IMG/VR virus record: IMGVR_UViG_3300012954_000004 | Coordinates: 1 to 34,249 of that record | DNA: 34,249 nucleotides | Source of the DNA: a virus | Reading direction: 5' to 3' (one strand) | Part shown: one piece after another, positions 22,214-30,620 of the stretch | Position numbering within the stretch: the first letter of the stretch is position 1 | How the letters are laid out: each line of letters begins with the position of its first letter | Translations under genes and position numbers: made by a program | The notes under the pieces: generated by a model | Seen by the model: the letters and a program-made list of their open reading frames with translations, nothing else | What the model was told of the DNA's origin: nothing | Databases searched by the model: none

Positions 22214-22453
22214 ATGGCTAATTTTACATCAACTCATACTGGAGCAGCAGTAGACGCATCTGTAACTAAAGTAGATTCAAGTGGAGTCACACAAGCAGAC
22301 TTAACAAAATTAAATAATGTTACGGCTACTGCTTCTGAGTTAAATCAATTAGACGACAAAACAGTCGGTGGTACAAACAATGACGATATAGTCGATGTTG
22401 CATCATCGCAGAGTTTAAATAATAAGACACTTGAGGGTGGAACTTATACATAA
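22214..22453 (+). CDS. Small fibre-module protein (head or tail fibre accessory)
   Basis: 79 aa. TATASELNQLD and SSQSLNNKTLEGGTY repeat motifs found in the large fibre (ATKAELNFVDG; GSQTLTNKTLASPTF). Confidence 0.5.
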   Translation: MANFTSTHTGAAVDASVTKVDSSGVTQADLTKLNNVTATASELNQLDDKTVGGTNNDDIVDVASSQSLNNKTLEGGTYT

Positions 22454-22469
22454 TTTTTAGGAGAATAAT

Positions 22470-23261
22470 ATGGCTAATACAGTCCAAATTAAAAGACATA
22501 GTAGTAATACTAACACAACACCACCAGGTAGTTTAGCTAGTGGAGAGTTAGCATTAAATCAGGCAGATAAAAAATTATATGTTGGTAGACATAACAATAG
22601 CAGTGTAGAAGTATTTCACTTACCTACATTGCAAGATCTTACCTACGGTAACGGATTAAGTGGTACAGTATCTTCAGGTACTGACGACAATTCTGTATCA
22701 TTAGCTTTAGATGTAACTGATTCTAATGTGTTTGCTACAACTAGTGCAAAAGGATTAGCTTCTTTTTCAAGCGACAACTTTGCAGTAAATAGTGGAGTAG
22801 TAACTATCAAAACTGGTGGTGTAGTAAATGCAGAGATTGCAGATAACGCAATCAATGGTGCTAAAATTGCAGATGACGCAGTTGATAGTGAACACTTTGC
22901 TGCTGGTAGTATTGATGAAGAACACATTGCAAACGATGCAGTAACTGCTGCTAAAATTGTAGACGGAATTGCTTTAGCAGGTAATTGTAGCACAACTGGT
23001 AACTTTACCGTTGGTGGAAACTTAGTAGTTCAAGGAGATACTACTACTTTAAACACAGCTACATTAACAGTTGAAGATAAAGAAGTTATTATTGCAAGTG
23101 GTGCAACATCATCAGCTGAAGCAGACGGTGCAGGTATTAAAGTAGCAGGAGCAAATGCTTCTATTCTTTACGATGATACTGGTACTCAATGGGAATTTAA
23201 TAAACCTATTGAAGCACAGCAGGGATTCGCAAATACCACTTTTGACGGTGGAACTTACTAA
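22470..23261 (+). CDS. Fibre protein with Mtd/hyaluronidase-type N-terminal domain
   Basis: N-terminus MANTVQIKRHSS...GSLASGELALNQADKKLYVG. It has periodic IADNAINGAKIADDAVDSEHFAAGSIDEEHIANDAVTAAKIVDG repeats and ends FDGGTY. Confidence 0.65.
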   Translation: MANTVQIKRHSSNTNTTPPGSLASGELALNQADKKLYVGRHNNSSVEVFHLPTLQDLTYGNGLSGTVSSGTDDNSVSLALDVTDSNVFATTSAKGLASFSSDNFAVNSGVVTIKTGGVVNAEIADNAINGAKIADDAVDSEHFAAGSIDEEHIANDAVTAAKIVDGIALAGNCSTTGNFTVGGNLVVQGDTTTLNTATLTVEDKEVIIASGATSSAEADGAGIKVAGANASILYDDTGTQWEFNKPIEAQQGFANTTFDGGTY

Positions 23262-23275
23262 GTTAGGAGCAGCTA

Positions 23276-26200
23276 ATGTCAAATACTATTAAGATTAAGA
23301 GAGGTACTAACCTCTCTAATGCAGGTACACCTGCAGCAGGAGAACTAATATATAAAAGCGACACAAACCAACTATTTGTTGGCGACGGAGAAACTGCAGC
23401 TACTGGATTAAATGCAATAGGTGGTAGTGGAGCAACTGGAGATATTGAGGGTGTAACTGCTGGTACTGGTTTATCTGGTGGTGGTACATCTGGAACAGTA
23501 ACTTTAAATATAGATTCAACAGTAGCTACACTTACTGGCTCACAAACACTTACTAACAAAACTTTAGCAAGTCCTACTTTTACTGGAGATGTAACATTTA
23601 ACGATGCTTCAACTCCACAATTAAACATAACAGATACTACAAATACTGTTAGTTTAAGACTTGCTGCAAGTGATACTTTAGGTACTGTTGGAACAACAAC
23701 AGATCATAATCTTAATATTGTTAGAAATAATGTTGGTAAAATTACATTTTATGATGCTTATACAATGCACAATAACGGTGGCAATGATTTAGATTTTAGA
23801 GCAAAAGATAGCAATGGCAATGTAGTATTTCAAGTAGATGCTGGAACATCAAAAACAATAATAACAACATTACAATCAGAAACTATTGATGTTGCTGGAG
23901 ATTTGACTCTTGATGCAGACGGAGCTGATGTAATTTTAAAAGACGGTGGTACAGAATACGGTAGATTAACACAACTATTAGGTGGACTTACTTTAAAATC
24001 TGGATCATCAGCAGCAAACGCTGTAATATTCTCAACAGACGGAGATGCTATATTTGCAGAAGATGTATCTATCTCTGCTGGTAAAACTTTTACATTTGAC
24101 GGTGTTGGACTAACAGCAGTTCAAACAGCAAGTGAATCTTTTGCAGATAACAATACTTCTTTAATGACTTCTGCAGCGATCAATGACAGAATAGAAAGTT
24201 TTGGTTATATAACTTCAGATACAAATACAGTAACTACTAATATAGCTGGTACTGGTATTGATGTAAGTTCTGGAACTGGTAATTCTACTATTAGTGTAGA
24301 TGTATCAGATTTTATGACTAATGGTAGCAATAATAGAATACTTACTGCTACTGGTACAGATGCTATGAACGCAGAATCTAATCTTACTTTTAATGGTAGC
24401 TTATTAACTAATACTGGAGATATTAGAATCCTTACTGGTAGTTTAGGTGTAAATACAAATGCAAATAGTGCAAATGGTAGAATAGCAGCAACATCACACA
24501 TTGAAGCTGGTGTAGGTAGTGGAGCTATTGGATTAACTATTAATGACGGATACGGAAATTCAAATCTTACTTTTAATCATACTGGAGGAGTACCAGAGCA
24601 AAATGGACAATCTGCAAGAATAGAAGTAAATACTGATGCTACATCTTCTGAGGGATTGATGTCATTTGAAACTTCTGCTTCTGATGTAACTGCTGGATCT
24701 GCTCAAGGTCTATCAAGTTCTATGAATCTTGCTCACAGCTATATGGAAATTCCTTATGTACTAAGACATATGGGAGATACAGATACCTATCTTCAATTTG
24801 ATAATAATAGATTAAGACTGTATGCTGGTGGTACTTTAGTTATTGACTCTAATAATACCTATTTAACTTCATCTGGTATATTAGATCAAGATGATATGTC
24901 ATCAAATAGTGCAACTGCCGTAGCATCACAACAAAGTATTAAAGCGTATGTAGACGCAGAAGTAGCTGGTATTGTAAATTCAGCTCCAGCAGCTTTGAAT
25001 ACATTAGACGAATTAGCAGCAGCTTTAGGAGATGACGCTAACTTCGCAACAACAACATCTACTTCATTAGGGAATAGATTAAGAGTAGATACAGCTTCAC
25101 AAGGATTAACTGGCACACAACAAGCCAATGCGATCACTAACTTAGGTATTACTGCAACCAAAGCAGAATTAAACTTCGTAGACGGAGTAACATCTGCTAT
25201 ACAAACACAATTAAATGCAAAGCTATCTACATCTGGAACAGCAGCAAATTCTACTTTATTAAATAATTTAGGAGCTGGTAGTTTTTTAAGAAGTGATACT
25301 GGAGATACTGCTGCTGGTAATATTAGTTTTACTGGTAAATTACTGGGGAATCAAGGTACAACAGCTATACTTAATGGAGCAACGGTTACAAATGTAAATA
25401 CTGGATTTACCAATGATATATCAACTGGTAAAAATTCTGGATTACAACCATTTAGATATAGCAACAATTCTTCAAATACTCCATTAGGTGGTGGTGGCTC
25501 AATGGCTAACAACGCTAATTGGGGATTGAGTTTATACTCACACGGAACTGGTGGTAGTGGTAACTACGGATTACAGATGTCTGGTGGAGATAATGACAAT
25601 CAATTATTTTTTATAAGAAGAGTAACTAATGGTAGTTTTGGTAGTTGGTTTGAGATGTGGCATAGTGGTAATGACGGAGCTAATAGTGGGTTAGATGCAG
25701 ATTTATTAGACGGAAATCACGCATCTGCATTTCTAACTTCTGTTCCTAATCATAGTGGTAATTTAATCACTAGTGGTACAGTAGCAGCAGCAAGAATTGC
25801 TAATTTAGCAGCAACTAAGATTACTTCTGGTACTTTAAATAACGCAAGACTTGATACAAATATGCAATTAACTGGTGCAGCTCCAAGATATAGATTGCAA
25901 GAGTCTGGTGTAACAAATACTCCTAATTGGTGGATGATTGCAGACGGTGGTAATTATAGTATTAGATTAAACAATACTGGAACTTATCCATTACAAATTT
26001 CAACCAATTCAAGTAATAATGCAGTTGAAACTATTACTCTTGGATACAATACTAATGTAAGTGGTAATATAGCAGTAACTGGAACAGTAGACGGTAGAGA
26101 TGTTGCTTCTGACGGAAGTAAATTAGACGGAATAGAAAGTGGAGCTACTGCAGACCAAACAGCAGCACAAATACTAACTGCTATTAAAACAGTAGACGGT

Positions 26201-27475
26201 GGTGGAAGTGGTTTAGACGCTGACACATTAGACGGACTTCAGCTAAACTCTTCTACAAGAAATAATCAAGCAAATACTGTTGTAAGAACTCAATCTAATG
26301 GATATGCTTTATTTGGTTGGATAAATACTACTTCTGGGAATACTACAAACGCATCTACTGATTATTATGTAAACACCAATGACGGATATATAAGAAAGAA
26401 AACTTTAGCAAATGTAAGAACTGAAATTATGGGAGTTAGTTCTGGATCTTCATTTATAAGAAGCGATGCTAATGACACAGCAACAGGAACTATAGATTTT
26501 ACTGGCAGAGTTAATATAGGAAACTCTTTAACACGCCCAGATGCTTTAGATAGTGATGCAGATGCACACGCAAGAATTGGTGGTTCAGATGTTTACCTAT
26601 ATGTAGCTTCATTAAATTCTACTGGTGGTTATAAAGTTGCATTACAATCTGCAAGAGGTTCTGACTTTGCTGCTTTTGGTTTAAATTTACAACCACACGG
26701 TGGAACTTTAGAAAGAGCAGGAAATACTATTTGGGACGCAGGTAATGACGGAAGTGGTAGTGGATTAGATGCTGATAAACTTGACGGAGTTCAAGGTAGT
26801 TCATTTCTAAGAAGTGATGCCACAGATACTGCAAGTGGAGCAATAACTTTTACAGCAAGAACTACCTTTGATGATAGTGGAGCTGACGGTGTTTTATTCA
26901 AAGCATCAGATAATGCTAATAATTCTTCCAGAGCATTTTTTGACGGAACTTCTACTTCTTGTATATTCCAAGAGGGTAATGATTTAAGTTTTAGAATTAA
27001 TGCAACTACTGGTAGTAGTAGTGGAACTGAGCGTATGTATATTAGAGAAGCTGGTATGGCATTAAGTAATTCTTCCTTAGGCGTTAATGCTTCTATTAAT
27101 GGTACAAATGGTATGATACACGCAAGTAACGATATTGTTGCATTTGCATCAGATAAAAGATTAAAAGAAAATATACGCCCTATAGAAAATGCTTTAGACA
27201 AAGTAAGTAAGTTGTCTGGATTTGTTTATAACTGGAACGAACTTGCTAACGAAAAAGCAGAGTACGATATGGATAAAGACTATGTTGGTGTATATGCACA
27301 AGATGTAGAAGAAGTACAACCAGAAGCAGTTGATTTAGCTCCATTTGATAATGACGGAGAAGATAACTCAATATCTGGAGAAAACTATTTAACAGTACAA
27401 TATGAGAAGTTAGTACCATTACTAATTGAATCTATTAAAGAATTAAAAGAAGAAATAGAAGAGTTAAAAAAATGA
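23276..27475 (+). CDS. Large tail fibre (1399 aa) with C-terminal S74 intramolecular-chaperone autoprocessing domain
   Basis: N-terminus MSNTIKIKRGT...AAGELIYKSDTNQLFVGDG. Three GSGLDAD.LDG and three SF(L/I)RSD..DTA.G.I.FTG modules. The C-terminus ASDKRLKENI...VYNWN...GVYAQDVEEV.PEAV...LTVQYEKLVPLLIESIKELKEEIEELKK is the endosialidase-chaperone (peptidase S74) pattern, with the cleavage Ser codon at 27149. Confidence 0.85.
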   Translation: MSNTIKIKRGTNLSNAGTPAAGELIYKSDTNQLFVGDGETAATGLNAIGGSGATGDIEGVTAGTGLSGGGTSGTVTLNIDSTVATLTGSQTLTNKTLASPTFTGDVTFNDASTPQLNITDTTNTVSLRLAASDTLGTVGTTTDHNLNIVRNNVGKITFYDAYTMHNNGGNDLDFRAKDSNGNVVFQVDAGTSKTIITTLQSETIDVAGDLTLDADGADVILKDGGTEYGRLTQLLGGLTLKSGSSAANAVIFSTDGDAIFAEDVSISAGKTFTFDGVGLTAVQTASESFADNNTSLMTSAAINDRIESFGYITSDTNTVTTNIAGTGIDVSSGTGNSTISVDVSDFMTNGSNNRILTATGTDAMNAESNLTFNGSLLTNTGDIRILTGSLGVNTNANSANGRIAATSHIEAGVGSGAIGLTINDGYGNSNLTFNHTGGVPEQNGQSARIEVNTDATSSEGLMSFETSASDVTAGSAQGLSSSMNLAHSYMEIPYVLRHMGDTDTYLQFDNNRLRLYAGGTLVIDSNNTYLTSSGILDQDDMSSNSATAVASQQSIKAYVDAEVAGIVNSAPAALNTLDELAAALGDDANFATTTSTSLGNRLRVDTASQGLTGTQQANAITNLGITATKAELNFVDGVTSAIQTQLNAKLSTSGTAANSTLLNNLGAGSFLRSDTGDTAAGNISFTGKLLGNQGTTAILNGATVTNVNTGFTNDISTGKNSGLQPFRYSNNSSNTPLGGGGSMANNANWGLSLYSHGTGGSGNYGLQMSGGDNDNQLFFIRRVTNGSFGSWFEMWHSGNDGANSGLDADLLDGNHASAFLTSVPNHSGNLITSGTVAAARIANLAATKITSGTLNNARLDTNMQLTGAAPRYRLQESGVTNTPNWWMIADGGNYSIRLNNTGTYPLQISTNSSNNAVETITLGYNTNVSGNIAVTGTVDGRDVASDGSKLDGIESGATADQTAAQILTAIKTVDGGGSGLDADTLDGLQLNSSTRNNQANTVVRTQSNGYALFGWINTTSGNTTNASTDYYVNTNDGYIRKKTLANVRTEIMGVSSGSSFIRSDANDTATGTIDFTGRVNIGNSLTRPDALDSDADAHARIGGSDVYLYVASLNSTGGYKVALQSARGSDFAAFGLNLQPHGGTLERAGNTIWDAGNDGSGSGLDADKLDGVQGSSFLRSDATDTASGAITFTARTTFDDSGADGVLFKASDNANNSSRAFFDGTSTSCIFQEGNDLSFRINATTGSSSGTERMYIREAGMALSNSSLGVNASINGTNGMIHASNDIVAFASDKRLKENIRPIENALDKVSKLSGFVYNWNELANEKAEYDMDKDYVGVYAQDVEEVQPEAVDLAPFDNDGEDNSISGENYLTVQYEKLVPLLIESIKELKEEIEELKK

Positions 27476-27518
27476 TAGCTTATGTTATGAGATTAATAAA
27501 TACCATTAGAGGAAAGAA

Positions 27519-28640
27519 ATGACTTTACAAGCATCTGGAGAAATAAAGTTTAGTGAGATAAATACTGAGTTTGGTAGAACTTCTACTACTGCTAATACTT
27601 CATTAGAAGATTTATCTGACGGAACTGTTGCAACTATCAATACTGTAAATGATAGTGCAGATCGTCCAGACGGCTCTGCTCCACACGCTATAAGCGAGTT
27701 CTATAGTTATGACCACGATGCAGCAGCAGCTAATGCTTCTTTTGGTACTTGGAGTGATACAACAATCAGATTTATTGGATTAAGTCCAGGCGACAATATT
27801 GCTAATCACGCAGTTACTACCAACTCAATGACTGATGCAAGTGGCACTATGAGTGTTACAAACAGCGTAACATCTGGAACAGCTAAAGGTAGTGTTAGAG
27901 TTGCCTTAGGAGAAGATAGCGACCCTGGTACAAATAGTAGTAATACTGTATTTGATAGTAAAATGAAAACACTTAATGGCGAGTATGTGTTCAATAGTAT
28001 TACTTTTACAGGAAGCTGTGTTGCTAATGCAAGATTTTGTTTTTTACCACACTCAGCAGTTACTGAAAGTGTTATGAGAGATATAACATTTACAAACAAT
28101 AACACTTCTAATACTACAATGACTTTACAGACAAGTGTTACAAGTTTTGGTGGATTTTGTGTACACGAAGCAGTACCAGTAAATTGTATTGATTACTATA
28201 AACATATTAGCGAACTAGAAGTTGGCGATATGATTATGTCTTATAATTTTGAAACAAATTCTGTTGAAGAAGTAGAAATACTAAAAATAGAAAAACCGAT
28301 GCACAGCGACTTAGTGGTTTATAGGTTTGAAGATATGGAAGATATACAATATACACACGGAAATACATCTACTATAAATAGAGGATTATCAATTACCAAA
28401 GATCACCCTATATACAAAGAGGACGGAACTATGGTATGTTTAGATCCTGAAAAAGCAAAAGAATTATATGGATTAGACGCAGAAGAAATACAAAAAGGAG
28501 ATAGAATTAGATTTATGGATTCTATTAAAGTAATAGATAAATACTTATTAAGTCCTGACGAAACAGAAACTTATACTATTCTGACAAAGAATAATAACTT
28601 TTTTGCAGGTGGAGTATTAGTACACTCGGAGATTTCATAA
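27519..28640 (+). CDS. Fibre-like virion protein with C-terminal Hint (Hedgehog/intein-type) domain
   Basis: The N-terminus SGEIKFSEINTEFGR...HAISEFYSYD is a common fibre-protein opening. Residues 214-370 show CVHEAVPV, ELEVGDMIMSY, SITKDHPIY and FFAGGVLVHS, then EIS-stop. Confidence 0.65.
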   Translation: MTLQASGEIKFSEINTEFGRTSTTANTSLEDLSDGTVATINTVNDSADRPDGSAPHAISEFYSYDHDAAAANASFGTWSDTTIRFIGLSPGDNIANHAVTTNSMTDASGTMSVTNSVTSGTAKGSVRVALGEDSDPGTNSSNTVFDSKMKTLNGEYVFNSITFTGSCVANARFCFLPHSAVTESVMRDITFTNNNTSNTTMTLQTSVTSFGGFCVHEAVPVNCIDYYKHISELEVGDMIMSYNFETNSVEEVEILKIEKPMHSDLVVYRFEDMEDIQYTHGNTSTINRGLSITKDHPIYKEDGTMVCLDPEKAKELYGLDAEEIQKGDRIRFMDSIKVIDKYLLSPDETETYTILTKNNNFFAGGVLVHSEIS

Positions 28641-28912
28641 TGGCTATTACATACAGAGGCATAAGATTTTCAGGTTACAATAAACCTAAGAGAACACCTA
28701 AACACCCTAAGAAGTCACACGCTGTATTAGCGAAATCAGGTGGTAAGATTAGACTGATTAGGTTTGGACAACAAGGAGTACGAGGAGCAGGAAAGAATCC
28801 TAGAACTGCTGCACAAAGAGCTAGGAGAAGATCGTTTAAAGCTAGACACAGAAAAAATATCGCCAGAGGTAAGATGAGTGCTGCTTACTGGGCGAACAAA
28901 GTAAAATGGTAA
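28640..28912 (+). CDS. 90-aa strongly basic conserved-looking protein (no Asp/Glu)
   Basis: GYNKPKRTPKHPKKSHAV...IRFGQQG...RRRSFKARHRKNI...SAAYWANKVKW. By hand count, 27 of 90 residues are K/R and none are acidic. TAATG overlap with the upstream gene. Confidence 0.6.
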   Translation: MAITYRGIRFSGYNKPKRTPKHPKKSHAVLAKSGGKIRLIRFGQQGVRGAGKNPRTAAQRARRRSFKARHRKNIARGKMSAAYWANKVKW

Positions 28913-28922
28913 AGGATTAAAA

Positions 28923-29219
28923 ATGGAAGTCAACAAAAATACAAAATTTACACTAAGTATAGAAACTGCTGTTAGTATTGGTGTTACAATATTTATGGTG
29001 GTTGGATTATGGTTTAATCTACAAGCTGATATACAAGAAGCTAAAGAGCTTCCTGAGCCACCAGTTAGTAGAACAGAATATGATTTAAAAGATCAGATGA
29101 TTCGTAATAGTATTATGAATACAGAAGATAAAGTTGAAAAACTTGAAGAGAAAGTAGATGACATTAAAGAAGATACACGCAGTATTAATGACACTCTGCT
29201 AAAAATGAATAATAATTAA
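28923..29219 (+). CDS. N-terminal-TM, coiled-coil membrane protein (possible i-spanin-like or holin-associated)
   Basis: TM span SIGVTIFMVVGLWFNL followed by an acidic coiled coil (KVEKLEEKVDDIKEDTRSIND). AAAGGA SD upstream. Confidence 0.45.
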   Translation: MEVNKNTKFTLSIETAVSIGVTIFMVVGLWFNLQADIQEAKELPEPPVSRTEYDLKDQMIRNSIMNTEDKVEKLEEKVDDIKEDTRSINDTLLKMNNN

Positions 29220-29233
29220 TATGAGGTACAAAG

Positions 29234-29620
29234 ATGAATTATTACTATGGTATGGTATGGTTGCTTGGATTATTGTTATGGCAATCGCCCTTACACTCGC
29301 AGTCCGTTAGATTAGACAGCTTTCAAGATGTACAGTTGTTAAATGTGCAGAATTGTTCAGTTGTGCAAGTAAACGCAAGTTGGAATCATCAAAACAGAGT
29401 TAAGATTGAGAAACTAGCAAATATATGTTATGTAGCAGAAATAGACATAGAAGATAAAGTTATTGGTGCTACAATAGCTAAAGAGTGGAACATAACAATA
29501 GTTCCTACCATCATTGTTTTAGAGAAAGGTAAAGAGGTAAAAAGATTTGTTCCTGGTATTAGTATGAGGTTTGACGAAAATACTATTATCAATGATGTAA
29601 GAAAAGAGGTAAGAGAGTGA
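29234..29620 (+). CDS. Secreted thioredoxin-fold protein lacking the CxxC active site
   Basis: Signal-like N-terminus MVWLLGLLLWQSPLHSQS. VVQVNASWNHQN aligns to the F.A.WCGPC block, with Cys replaced by Asn/Gln. IVPTIIVLEKGKEVKRFVPG matches the cis-Pro/beta-strand block of thioredoxins. Confidence 0.6.
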   Translation: MNYYYGMVWLLGLLLWQSPLHSQSVRLDSFQDVQLLNVQNCSVVQVNASWNHQNRVKIEKLANICYVAEIDIEDKVIGATIAKEWNITIVPTIIVLEKGKEVKRFVPGISMRFDENTIINDVRKEVRE

Positions 29621-29799
29621 AGAAGAAAAGAAAATCGAGAGTCAATCAAGCAGGAAACTACACCAAACCTGGATTAAGAAAAAGAATATTCCAGCGTATT
29701 TTACGAGGTAACAAAGGTGGCAATCCTGGACAATGGAGTGCTAGAAAAGCACAGATGTTAGCACTCGCCTACAAAAGAGCAGGTGGTGGTTATAGATAA
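29617..29799 (+). CDS. 60-aa basic protein (GTG start), first half of a split conserved module
   Basis: GTGA start/stop overlap with the upstream gene, and AGAGG upstream. Motif YTKPGLRKRI...GNKGGNPGQWSARKAQMLALAYKRAGGGY. Confidence 0.5.
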   Translation: MKKKRKSRVNQAGNYTKPGLRKRIFQRILRGNKGGNPGQWSARKAQMLALAYKRAGGGYR

Positions 29800-30038
29800 T
29801 GGCTCTCAAGAAATCACAGAAAAGTCTACGCAGGTGGACAAAACAAAAATGGCGTACCAAATCTGGTAAGCCGTCGTCTAAAACTGGAGAACGATATTTA
29901 CCAGAACGATTGTTAAAATCAATGACTTCTTCAGAGTACGCATACGAAACTCGTAAGAAAAGAAAAGCAAAGAAGGCAGGAAAGCAACGAGCCAAGTATT
30001 CCAAAAAAACAAGAAAAAAGATGCGTAGATATTCATAA
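29799..30038 (+). CDS. 79-aa basic protein, second half of the split module
   Basis: TAATG overlap with the upstream gene. Motif SLRRWTKQKWRTKSGKPSSKTGERYLPE, then a KKRKAKKAGKQRAKYSKKTRKKMRR tail. Confidence 0.5.
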   Translation: MALKKSQKSLRRWTKQKWRTKSGKPSSKTGERYLPERLLKSMTSSEYAYETRKKRKAKKAGKQRAKYSKKTRKKMRRYS

Positions 30039-30079
30039 TTTATTATATTCTTAGAAATATAAATAAAGTAAGGAATACT

Positions 30080-30262
30080 ATGAAACTAGAAGAACAACAA
30101 TCCAAACTAAAAGAATTGGTAGATCAATTCAATCAATCCAATGAGCAAATTCAAATGCTACAAGCAAATAACGCAGAATTGCGTATGCAAATAGCTAAAC
30201 AACAAGGAGTTATAGAAGCACTACAATCTTTAGATAAAGGCAAAAAAAATGCCAAAACTTAA
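30080..30262 (+). CDS. Small coiled-coil protein (60 aa)
   Basis: AAGGAA SD upstream, heptad-rich QQSKLKELVDQFNQSNEQIQMLQANNAELRMQIAKQQ. It overlaps the holin start by 14 nt. Confidence 0.5.
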   Translation: MKLEEQQSKLKELVDQFNQSNEQIQMLQANNAELRMQIAKQQGVIEALQSLDKGKKNAKT

Positions 30263-30620
30263 TGTAGTAGCAGGAATAATTGATAAAGTAGTAGATAAAA
30301 TCGATGACTTTACTCTGGATAAAACAGAAAAAGCAGAACTTATACAAGACATCAACAAAGCTCAAATTGAAGTTAATAAAGTTGAAGCCAATAGCAATAG
30401 TTTGTTTGTTGCAGGTTGGCGTCCTTTTGTTGGTTGGACTTGTGGAGTAGCATTATGTTATCACTTCGTACTACAACCGTTCTTACTTTTTCTTGTATAT
30501 TCATTTGGCTATCAAGTGGATTTACCAGTATTCGATATGAGTACATTGACAACAATACTTCTCGGACTCTTAGGTTTGGGGGGAATGCGTTCATTCGAGA
30601 AAGTAAAGAAATCAGCGTAA
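30249..30620 (+). CDS. Holin, three-TM GTA-type holin family
   Basis: An N-terminal amphipathic region is followed by LFVAGWRPFVGWTCGVALCYHFVLQPFLLF (the WRP..GW motif of the 3-TM holin family) and two more hydrophobic spans. It is directly upstream of the endolysin, with a TAATG overlap. Confidence 0.65.
   Translation: MPKLNVVAGIIDKVVDKIDDFTLDKTEKAELIQDINKAQIEVNKVEANSNSLFVAGWRPFVGWTCGVALCYHFVLQPFLLFLVYSFGYQVDLPVFDMSTLTTILLGLLGLGGMRSFEKVKKSA

Noticed and set aside
22470-27475. Diversity-generating retroelement, considered because of the Mtd-type N-terminal domains
   Set aside because: There is no reverse transcriptase anywhere in the genome, and I saw no template/variable repeat pair near the fibre 3' ends.
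22643-28105. Minus-strand ORFs inside the fibre genes (22643-22993, 23263-23628, 24205-24501, 24886-25161, 25984-26226, 26791-27201, 27806-28105)
   Set aside because: These antisense frames stay open because of the Gly/Thr/Ser/Ala codon bias of fibre genes. They have no ribosome-binding sites and no gene-like context.
28158-28628. Classical (splicing) intein
   Set aside because: The domain is terminal, with only three residues after it. It has no C-extein nucleophile, has His-Ser instead of His-Asn, and has no homing endonuclease insert.
30416-30619. N-terminal extension of the endolysin ORF (track start 30416)
   Set aside because: The extension lies entirely inside the holin gene in another frame. 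The GH108 signature begins right after ATG 30620, which overlaps the holin stop.
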